A model generated the notes under the pieces. That model was not told where the DNA came from, did not search any database, and was given only the letters and a program-made list of their open reading frames with translations. A stretch of DNA of 64,000 nucleotides, taken from assembly GCA_964106915.2 (NCBI GenBank), contig OZ066921.1; one strand, 5' to 3'. Within the stretch, counting starts at the first letter, position 1. Each line of letters opens with the position of its first letter. The position numbers were made by a program, and so were the translations under genes. Positions 39,840-49,035 of the stretch are shown here, piece by piece. Source of the DNA: Podarcis gaigeae (lineage: Eukaryota).

Positions 39840-40719
39840 GCAGCAGCACGACCAAAATGTGCTGTGATTCATTAATGCAACCCCATCCTAGCCACAGCTA
39901 AAGTGGGAAGCTTGCTGTATTTCCTCTCCATCTGACCCCACTTACCTGTCTTCATTCATATTGCCCTGAAAATTTAAAGGAGGCATAGAGAAGAATCACA
40001 GCTTTTCATGTGAGGCTTTACACCTTACTAACCAAGGCTCACTCTTCACATGCTTTTCTTTGGAAGTGTACAGTACCATGAGGGCTGGTTGTGGGTGTCA
40101 TGTGTGCGAGAAAGGCCCCCCAAAGAGGAACTCTTTTATTCTTTGTTTCACAGGGCTTAATCCTATAATGTAGTTAGAAGCAGGCTATGTTGGGTCTTTG
40201 CTATGGCCCTCCTAAAATGGTGTGTTGCAAGGGAAATGTCAGGCAAACGCCTTTGAAATCCAACTATGAAACTTTAGCCCTATTTGAAATATCCTAGCAT
40301 ACCTTTGTGCAGATATTTCCACATAAAGACACATCTTGACCCTGTCCTGCTGTTTTCTCACACGTGCACACCTGTGCTTAAAAAAAAAATGTAAGTGAGG
40401 ATGCTTTCATACAGAGTGTTGTCAAAGCTGTAAGGTTGCAGGAGATTTAAATGACCTGCAACTCCTTAGCCAATTGCTAGATAGCAAATAAGAGCTAAGG
40501 AAGAGGGATTTACTCTGCACAGGTACCTCCCCTGCTCCATCATATTAATAAGCTCATCTGCAAGTTATTTCCCCTGCCCTCTCCTGGAAAAACAAAACGT
40601 CAGCAATTTAGAATAGTGGTTTTGTATGCCTAGGAGGAAGACAGTGGTGAGGTACTATCATTTCCGCCCCCTAGTGAAAATTGCAGCTTTGAGAAGATTG
40701 TTTGCTCTGCACTCTGCAC

Positions 40720-42480
40720 ATGTTCAAGCGGCGCGTTCTCACGCTCCAACGAAACGTCTCTACCATCTTTGCGGCTCCAGTGTGCTACTCGAGGCAGAAC
40801 CTTATATTTCTCTGGTTTGGGGGACGGTTGTTTGCCGGAGAGAGGGTGGAGAGAGATTCGCTGGCAGTCGTGCGGGCGGTTGCTGATCGCAAGGCGTCTC
40901 TCCCCGCCCCCGCCCCCCAAAAAGTCTTGGCCTCCGCGAACCGGAGTCAGCGGAGGGGCGCGCTGGAGGGAAGCAGGGCGCCGCTGCTCTTTGTCAAGGG
41001 ATTTGCGCTGCGACCTCCGCCCCAGGCGAAGGGGGAGACCCAGACAAGGCGGGGGAGGGGTTGTTTCTCCCCTTGAACCAGCAAGATTCCTTTTCTCCCC
41101 CGCGGACCAGGCTCAGCGCCCAGCCGCGTTTCCCGCTGCTGAGCGGCCGGGTCCTTGACTGGCGGGGCTGGATTTCCGCGCCTCGATCTGCCCGTGGCCG
41201 TTGGCTTCGCCGAGCCCGCTTGGGGCTCACTAAGGCCGCCCCCATCCTACCTCCTCCCCGCTCCGCCTCGCCTCGCCTGCTGGTCCCCGCCTCCTTCCTC
41301 CCTCCCCGCTCTCCCTCCCCGCCACTCGGCGCGTCCCCTCCCCTCGGAGTTGGCAGCTCGGTGGCCCAGCCGGAATCTCGCAGCCGTTGGCGCTGAGGGC
41401 CGGAGCTCTCCTGCCGGAGTTGGGCTTCCCGGGAGGGGGGCGGACTGCTGCTTGGTCTCGCCCCGCCGGCCCTCCTCCAAGGGCGAGCAAGAGGAGCGGC
41501 CTGCCAGCCAGCCAGCCAGCCGTCGCGCGCTCTGCATCCCTCCATCCGAGCGAGCCTCGCCGCGCAGCCTTTTGTTCCCCCGGCAAGAAGTTTGTGCGCT
41601 GAGAAGGGCCGTGACAGCTGCAGCCCCGTTAGGGAGCACAGAAGAGGGGGCGGCGGCGGCGGTTCCTGCTCCTGCTGCTCGCTTGACATGCAGCCCACGG
41701 CTCGGCTCGGCGGGGACGGCTGCCGGGGGAGGCGGGCCCCGCTCTTGCCGCCGCCGCCGCCGCGACGCACAAAAGGCTCCAACTAAACTTCCCTCCTGGA
41801 GAGCGAGCAAGCAAGCGGGGAGAGCTCCGTCTGCGCGGCCCGAGCATGGTAGGAACCGAGAGCCGCCCGGCGAGGACACCGGCAGCCGGCTGTCCCGGCC
41901 CGTCCCCTGCGGGGGCGCCTCTGCTTCTGTCCGCCGGCTGCCGCCGCCCTTGAGCGAGGGAGAAACGCCGAGCAGACTTCGCCACGAGATTCCCAGGCTG
42001 CACGGGGAGAGCTGCCCGCCTACCTTCCGGGGCCTTTGCTAGCGGTGCTGAACCACCTATCCCGTACGCCGGCCGAGGATGCTGGGCAGACTGGAGGCGC
42101 CCGACGTCGCCCGGCATGAAGAACTTCCTGCGCTGGGACCGCGAGGGATCTCCGCCGCCGGGCGCAGTCCGAGCCAGCCGCGCCGCGCGGAGGGGCCGAC
42201 GAAGCAGCCTCTGCAAAGCGCAGTTCTGCCCAGGCATGGAGGCGCGCGGGAGGCCGGGCCTTTGTTCCGCCAGGAGATCGCGCTCTGCGGCCGCCTTCCC
42301 GAGAGCTGGCCTTTTCCTCGCCGCCGCCGCTGCTGAGCTTCCGACCGGGGCGCCCTCTGGAAGAGGCTTTGTCGGAGCGGGCTGGAAGGCTTGCCTTAAG
42401 GAGAGCAGCCCTACCGAGCAACCGGAGGAGGCGGAGGGCTTGCAAATAGCGATCGGCAAAAACGGCTTTATGTGTTGGCC
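40720..42480 (+). promoter_or_regulatory. Intronic CpG island / internal promoter and 5' leader for the KIAA0754-type exon
   Basis: Abrupt rise in GC and CpG density against a CpG-depleted background; GC boxes (CCCCGCCCCCGCCCC at ~40901, several GGGGCG/GGCGGG) and CCG/GGC runs; lies directly upstream of the long ORF. Confidence 0.88.
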
Positions 42481-42782
42481 TTGGACTGCTAGCGTTTCCG
42501 CAGGAGCCATGGAATGCCTTGCCTCTTTCAAGGACTTCCACGGTGGAAGATGACTTCTCTCTGGAAAGCTCTGTAACTTCTGTGGAATACAAAATTGTGG
42601 CCTCCCAAGTGGTTATTAGGGATTTTCAAAAGACACCTTGCTCCACCATAATCTATTTCATTTTGCTTTGAATGGAGAGCTTGTGAGGCAGGGGAGGTTT
42701 TTTCTTGTTGTTGTGGGACTCTTCTCTGCGGGGTCCCCCCCCATTCTATTCTGTTCTGTTTTCTTTTATTGTTTTGAAAAGT

Positions 42783-45700
42783 ATGGGCAAGCCACTCAGC
42801 AGGCCTGACTGTTTAAGGCAGAGTCCTGCTTGCTTGGGGAAAGGAGAGGATGAGGATGGGTATATAGAAGACTGTTACGTCCCTCAGAGGTCCATCTACG
42901 ACACCATGAGGATAAATGAGCAGATTGATCAGGGGTCTAAGACTAGCCAGCCTTCCAAGAGTACCCTTGAAAAAGGGGATGGCAGCACAATTTCTAGCAA
43001 TGGAACTTTAGGGGCACCCAGTGTCTTTGAATCAAAGGCACCCGAGAGCAAAAAGTTAGACGAGAGGGTCATTTTTGATGCCTTGAAACTTAGTAGTGAT
43101 GTTTCCAAGTCAGCACCGGCACCCCCAAGGCGGCGGCCAAATCCAGAGAAGAAGGAGAATGTCAACAGGCGGTCATGGAAGTCCTTTATGCCACCCAATT
43201 TCCCTGAGTTTGCTGAGAGAATTGAGGCCTCCTTGAGTGAAGTCTCAGAAGCTGGAGTTTCTAACCCATCCTTGCAAGAGAAGCAGGAGTCCACTGCCAT
43301 GTTGGCAGAGAGCCCTAGGCAGTCCGACCAGGGGGAATGCATGTCAGAGCCGTTGACCCTGGAGCACATTCCCAAACTGTCTGGAGTTCCAGAAATTCAG
43401 GAAGTGAAGCAGCTAAGTGAAGCCTTCTGTGAGTTGTCTCAGGATGAGTGCCAGCCTCTTCTGGGACCAGAGGACATGGTAGTTGACCTGACCGGCGGCA
43501 GGCGGCGGGACCACAGGCTCTCGAGCGCCACGTGGCCAAGGGTGATGAAAAATGCCATCAGAGCAGGCCTTGGCAGTGGGCATCATGACACCTTGGAGGC
43601 AGACAACACAGACTGTGTCATAGAAACGGTGCCACTGTCTCCTTGCCTGAGTGAAGAGCTCCTGGACCCAGGAATGAGCATTCTCATCGCCCCCAACCTC
43701 CGGGAAAAGACTGAGTCGGAGCTGAGGTTTGAGGAGGATGAGCGATTGATCATGATGGAGGCTGGGGAGGAGTGGGAGGAAGGCTTGCTGTCAGGGAAGG
43801 CTGCTGAGAAAAGAAGTTGTTACTTGACAGATATTTCTGAAGAAAAGGAACAATTAAGTGTTCCAGCCGTGACAGTTATGGAAGCTGTAGAGAGTTTTGC
43901 TGGTGTCCAAGGGACCTCTAACCACCCATCTCACTGGCAAGAGCTGTGGGATGACTCACAGCTGCGAGCTGTCAACTCTGCTCCCGTTCCCCAGGAAACG
44001 CACCAAGACTTAAACGCTACTCTTGAGGAGGAGGAGGCTGATGCCTGCAATGCTGAAGCTGTAGCAGCCGAAGTGGAAGAGGAGGAATTTGTTTCTGGCC
44101 TAGAAGCCTGTGCCTTCTCTCTTGCCCCAGAGCAGTTCTCTGATACTGATTCTGTGCAGATGTTCCTTGAACTAGAAAAGCTTTGCATGCTCGAAGAAGG
44201 AGGGGATGGAGTGGCTCCAGGTGATCTGGAGGTGCAGGATGCTAATCAGTGTTCAGAAGGGCTGGACATGCAGAAGGACTTGGCAGGAGCCTCCCAGCCC
44301 TTGACTCACCTTGAAGTCAGCATGGCAGACTCTGCTGTGGTCTCAGATCTGGAGGACTTTGATGCCACATGTGGTTCTCAAGCAGTAAGTACAGCAGAAG
44401 CTACCCTTTCAGAGTGCTACTCTGAACGGGAAACTTCTGGTGACTCTGAAAAGGTGACGTCTTCCAGTCCTCCGCTTGAAAAAGATGCTGTATCCCAACA
44501 ATCACTCTCATCCTTAGTTAGTCAGATAGAGGAGTATGGGGCAGAACTGTTGGCAGGTCACGACCCTGCAGAAAGCCAGAGGGTCAAAGGATTGTTGGAC
44601 TTTGCCATGGGTGAACCTGTGGCTTCAGTTGATTTCCCTTGCTGTAGAGAACCACCTCCTTGCATCCATGTTCTTGCCATTGGCAGAGAAACTGAGCAGC
44701 AGCAAATGCAGCCTGTCATTTGCTATGAAGCAAAGGAGGTATCCCCGAGCCATGATGAACTTGCCACAACTGCTGAGGAGCTGGACTCCCAACCAGATTT
44801 TGACTTGGCAAAAGAGATGGTGAGTGCTATGGGGAAAGAGCTGCAGGCTTGCGATGAGCTCAACCCATCAGAAAGGACTGACTTCTCCAACTGGGATGTC
44901 CCAGAGCTGGTTTCTGAGGATGAAGTTGCAGAACTGGATAAAGAAAACCTCCTTTGTGGGGGCCACGTTAGTGACATAGAGGATGTAGATAGTTCCTTGG
45001 TGCCTTCACAAAGTGAGTTTGTATTGCGGGACTCTGAGGAGCCTCTAAAACGTGTAGGCTCCTCTGAGAACTTGAAGGCTGTGTGTCAACTTGAGCCTTT
45101 AACAAGGCTGCTGTGTGATGGAGAAGTGTCAGCGAGTGCAGCCCTTCTCCAGGAGGAAACGCCAGAGGTAGTTGAGCAGGGAGCAGCAGCAGCAGCCAAA
45201 GGCAGCCCAGTGGAAGAGAAGAGATATTGCTTGGAACCTGGAGACTTGGAGTTCCTTTTTGGGCAGAGCAGGGACAGTGAGATAACAAAGGATGAGGAAT
45301 GTAGTGCCAAGTTTGTGTGTACCAACTCACAAGCTTTTGTTGAAGATTTGTTTGCTGCACAGCCCAGTTCAGAAGACTTGGCTGCCTCTTTTGGAGAGGA
45401 ATCTGCTTCTGTCAGTCCCCTCCCTAGTGACAAGGCTCTTGATGCCCCTCCAGATAGCCCAGAGGAGCTTGCTGACCCCTTTCCTTCTGCTGGAGTGGGG
45501 CCTTCCATCACTGATGGTCCAGCAGCTGTAACATGTTCCACCCTGCCTTTGCCATCCTCACTTGCTTCTACCCCAGAAGCAGAAGGGCCTGTTGTGGATG
45601 CTGCCTGCTTATCCAGGTATAAAGAAGTTTGTGGTCAAGATTGTCTTCCAGGAGTCACTTCGGAGCCCAAAGCAGAGGACCTGATACCATTCTTACCAAA

Positions 45701-46142
45701 TGCAGAGGAGATGTCCTCTGCTTCTGTGCCATTCTCCTTGGAAAATATGCCTCTAAGTAGAAAGGAACAGCCTGCTCTGGAAGAGCTGGCCAATGCCACA
45801 ATGCCCACCTCCACCAAGGAGCCTGTTCAGGTGGCCCAAGCGATTAAAGGCCTTGCCATCTCTATGCCATTGGGTGCAGATGGTGTGCCAGAGCCACCAG
45901 AAGTTGGTTTCTCTCTGGCACCTGGAGCAGTGTGGGATACAGTCTGCAGCACACCACAGCTGCCCTCTTCTGCAGCACCTGAAAGTGAAGAGGAGCTGCT
46001 GACCTCTGCTGTGCCAGATTCAGAAAGTACCTCCTTTTCTTCCCTCGTTGCTGAAGGGCCTCCTGCTGAAACGGATGGATTGGTTCCAGATAATGAGGTA
46101 TTTGTTTCCCCTGGTCCCCACACGCTGCCGTATCAGACATAA
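42783..46142 (+). CDS. KIAA0754: KIAA0754-type nested intronless ORF (1,119 aa if unspliced) / alternative first coding exon of MACF1 (1,105 aa up to the donor at 46097)
   Basis: ATG in strong Kozak context (AGTATGG). N-terminus MGKPLSRPDCLRQSPACLGKGEDEDGYIEDCYVPQRSIYDTMRINEQID and blocks MPPNFPEFAERIEASLSEVSEAG, PLSPCLSEELLDP, LREKTESELRFEEDER and SDTDSVQMFLELEK match recalled human KIAA0754, which lies inside MACF1. Confidence 0.9.
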   Translation: MGKPLSRPDCLRQSPACLGKGEDEDGYIEDCYVPQRSIYDTMRINEQIDQGSKTSQPSKSTLEKGDGSTISSNGTLGAPSVFESKAPESKKLDERVIFDALKLSSDVSKSAPAPPRRRPNPEKKENVNRRSWKSFMPPNFPEFAERIEASLSEVSEAGVSNPSLQEKQESTAMLAESPRQSDQGECMSEPLTLEHIPKLSGVPEIQEVKQLSEAFCELSQDECQPLLGPEDMVVDLTGGRRRDHRLSSATWPRVMKNAIRAGLGSGHHDTLEADNTDCVIETVPLSPCLSEELLDPGMSILIAPNLREKTESELRFEEDERLIMMEAGEEWEEGLLSGKAAEKRSCYLTDISEEKEQLSVPAVTVMEAVESFAGVQGTSNHPSHWQELWDDSQLRAVNSAPVPQETHQDLNATLEEEEADACNAEAVAAEVEEEEFVSGLEACAFSLAPEQFSDTDSVQMFLELEKLCMLEEGGDGVAPGDLEVQDANQCSEGLDMQKDLAGASQPLTHLEVSMADSAVVSDLEDFDATCGSQAVSTAEATLSECYSERETSGDSEKVTSSSPPLEKDAVSQQSLSSLVSQIEEYGAELLAGHDPAESQRVKGLLDFAMGEPVASVDFPCCREPPPCIHVLAIGRETEQQQMQPVICYEAKEVSPSHDELATTAEELDSQPDFDLAKEMVSAMGKELQACDELNPSERTDFSNWDVPELVSEDEVAELDKENLLCGGHVSDIEDVDSSLVPSQSEFVLRDSEEPLKRVGSSENLKAVCQLEPLTRLLCDGEVSASAALLQEETPEVVEQGAAAAAKGSPVEEKRYCLEPGDLEFLFGQSRDSEITKDEECSAKFVCTNSQAFVEDLFAAQPSSEDLAASFGEESASVSPLPSDKALDAPPDSPEELADPFPSAGVGPSITDGPAAVTCSTLPLPSSLASTPEAEGPVVDAACLSRYKEVCGQDCLPGVTSEPKAEDLIPFLPNAEEMSSASVPFSLENMPLSRKEQPALEELANATMPTSTKEPVQVAQAIKGLAISMPLGADGVPEPPEVGFSLAPGAVWDTVCSTPQLPSSAAPESEEELLTSAVPDSESTSFSSLVAEGPPAETDGLVPDNEVFVSPGPHTLPYQT

Positions 46143-47189
46143 AATTACTTTTTTTGTAGGAAGGGAGTTGGGGAGGAAGCGAGGAGTTAATCCATAGTTG
46201 ACTGAGTGATGTAATTTGGAGTACAAAGCATGCCTGAGTTTTTCTCCCTTTTGTTAAAATTTGGGTTCTCCTTCCCTTTGAAAGGGGGTTACATTTTGTA
46301 GGCAGATTTAATGGTCTTGATAGAAACAGTGTTGGGTTGGTGGGCTTCTTTTTCTTTTCAGGTGTGGGGAGGGTTTCAAACAAGAACAAACCTGTCATTA
46401 TCTTGCTTACGTAAAAATATTCTTGCCACCACCAATGTCTTGAACTGACTTATTCAAGTAGCATTATGTTCATGCGCTTAGAAGCAAATTATACATTTTC
46501 TTCTGAAAGATTGTGATTAAGTGTGGGTAGCTGCAGAGCTCATAGATGGGAAAATGTGTTGCTAAGAGGGAAATAGTATAAGGCAAATTCCAGCTAACAA
46601 CATTACATAAATGATAAAAACCAACCAACTGCCTAGTCAAGGTTCTTTCAAATCCATAGAGAAGAAAAGAAGTTGCTGAAAACTTTTTATTTAAATCTCC
46701 AAGTAAAGAAGGGGTTTGGAAAAGAGAAGCTTTTGTGCCAAGTCTGTTTGCAGCACCAAACGTCTATAAAAGGGCATTGTTTTCTTTTGGATACTGATTT
46801 TGACAGTTGTCAACCAAGCTAAGCTAGTTTTTTGTACTTTTTAAACTGTCATGACGTTGGTTTTTCCCCCCTACCCCCCTGCCTAGGAACTTGGCTTGGT
46901 TGCAATTTCTCACGCTTCAGACAGTTGCACATTTGAAAAACAAGAAAAGCAGAAGTAGCCAGAGGCTTGAGAAGGGCTATGATGTAGTGTTCAATTCACA
47001 TGTGGAAAACAGTCTCCAACTGTGGGCAGAAGGCTGAGTTTTTCTCAGTGAAAAAATGCAGCACCCACAGCCAAGACTGTACAGTTCAGACCTGTAATTA
47101 GGAAGAAAGGTGGGGGGGCAGGGGATGCCAAGCTAAGCCAAACTGACATGAATTATCGCTCTGGGTTTATTACAGTCTGTCCAGCTGAG

Positions 47190-47225
47190 TCTGAGGAGAG
47201 AGAGCTATCTGAGGAGAGAGAGCTA
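47190..47225. repeat. 18-bp tandem duplication
   Basis: TCTGAGGAGAGAGAGCTA x2. Confidence 0.9.
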
Positions 47226-47906
47226 TTTGATAGAAAACATTATCAGTCCTATGGTGCCCAGAGTGGGAGATATTTGCTCAACACCCCAGGGTCAAAACAG
47301 CCAGGGAAGTATATGGAAGGTGCTCTTAGCTGTTGCCACGGTTGGTTCTACAGGGGAGAAGAGAAGCTATGAGGGGTTATGGGGCATTTCACACATTGCC
47401 AAACTGTTGTGCTGCTAGGTATGAGATAGGATCTCCCACTTTTTAATATGGTGCAAAGCAGCTGTGAGCCCCCAAACTGGATGGTTGGAACTGCACTAGG
47501 GAGAGAGTGTTTAGTTGCTGCCACTTACTCGACCATCTCTTGTTTTCCTGATCTAATCCTCCATTCTCACTTTAGCTGTGTGATGATGGGGGAACGAGCA
47601 AGCACATTAGGCAAGAAGCCATGACTTCTCCTGGCTTTCTGATTGGTGTGTCTGCATGATACATTTATTGCAAGTGTGTGTGTGTTGCATTTGCACTTGG
47701 ATAAAATATAAACCAGCTGTTAGGTAGGAGAAAGAGGTCAGCAAGTTTACCATAAAGAATGGGAACAGGATACTAGAAAAGAGTCTTGAGAGAAGCATCT
47801 TGTAAATGAAAGCCTGGTAGCATCATTAGGAGGGCAGGGAAGCAGAGAATAACAAACAGATGAATTCTGTTTATTTTCTGGGTAATTCTGCAGGACTTGC
47901 TTCCAA

Positions 47907-48128
47907 ATTCATTCATTCATTCATTCATTACATTTATATCCCACCTTTCTCCAGGAAGCTCAGTATGGCCTACAAGCTTCTCCCCATTTCTTAATCACAA
48001 CAACCCTGTGAGGTGGGTTAGACTGAGAGTGAGTGGCTGGCCCAAGACCACACCCAGTGAGCATCATGGCTGAGTGGGGATTTGAAGCCTGATTTCCCAG
48101 CACTCTAACCACTACACCACACTGACTC
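47907..48128 (-). mobile_element. Older CORE-type tRNA-SINE with (CATT)n tail
   Basis: Reverse complement starts GAGTCAGTGTGGTGTAGTGGTTAGAGTG, homologous to the 4532 element. Confidence 0.75.
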
Positions 48129-48790
48129 CTGTGAATAGGAACACGGACTGGCATTCTCCACCCCAAACACACGCACATTTAGTTTCTCTATTGGGCTAAC
48201 CCAAATGTCACAAAATGGTACAGAAGCTTTTAAGTTCGCCAAAACTTTTCATTGGTCTAGGTGGGAAGAAGGTACTTTTGTCAAGCCATCCATTTCTGCA
48301 TCTGGTAAGAGTCTTAAGATGAAGAGTGGGAAGAGGTAGACCCCCCTTTTCTCCCCTCACATATTTACTGTCTAAAAATGGCCCTTCCTAGTGTAGCATC
48401 ATCCAGATTTTTTGAACTACAGTTTGGTTGTGCTGACGGGCTGACGGGAGTTGTAGGACAGTGTGTCTTGAAGGTGCCATGGTGGGGAAGGCTGGTGTGA
48501 GGAAAAAGGCCGCATGCTGGCCCTCCTATTGCAAGGCAGTTAGTGTCTGTCCTCCCTTTTCTTTTGCCCTCCAGTCTTTCCTCCTCCTGCTGCTTTTGCT
48601 TCTCTGAATCAGGGAAAGGTTTGCGCCTTTGTCCAAGTGAGAGCTAGCCAGCCAGCGCTCTGGCATCCTCTCCGCGTTCTGTATTTGAAGCTCTAAGCTA
48701 TGCTTCCAAGTATTTTCTGCCGAGGCGGTTGTTAAGGCTGGGTTTTGCGTTTTTAAGCCTCCCCCACTAAACCTGTCTCTGGTTTCTGGA

Positions 48791-48902
48791 TCATTCCCAC
48801 CCAAATATGGCAGCTGTTCCTGATTGTGGGTGGGGGTGGGGATTTTGCTTGAACAGAGCGAAATGCTTTGGAGTCCTCTCCTGTGTTCGTTTTAAAAATA
48901 AA
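48791..48902 (+). promoter_or_regulatory. Candidate muscle-type enhancer (CArG + E-box + GT box + MEF2)
   Basis: CCAAATATGG 48801-48810, CAGCTG 48811-48816, GGGTGGGGGTGGGG ~48828-48841, TTAAAAATAA 48892-48901, CATTCC 48792-48797. Confidence 0.55.
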
Positions 48903-48989
48903 TTTTGTATTTGAGGTTATGGCCGGAGCGTGTAGGAAGAGGTGGCGGCATGTCCCTTCAGAGAGCTTGCATGCCTGGCTTATCGGTCT

Positions 48990-48990
<1 letters not shown>

Positions 48991-49034
<44 letters not shown>
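48991..49034. repeat. (GT)n microsatellite
   Basis: Direct reading. Confidence 0.95.

Positions 49035-49035
<1 letters not shown>

Noticed and set aside
40626-42592. Many overlapping 100-300-aa ORFs on both strands in the CpG island
   Set aside because: Expected from stop-codon scarcity in GC-rich DNA; low-complexity Arg/Pro/Gly/Ala content with no recognisable domain.
42705-42782. ORF-track N-terminal extension MLLWDSS… of the 1,145-aa ORF
   Set aside because: It starts at TTG in a pyrimidine tract; the ATG at 42783 has strong Kozak context and the recognisable MGKPLS start.
20649-42782. Nested ORF as an internal cassette exon of full-length MACF1
   Set aside because: The upstream donor (20649) is phase 0, but the AGs between the in-frame stop (42684) and the ATG need phase 1 or 2; splicing to 42782 hits TGA within 9 codons.
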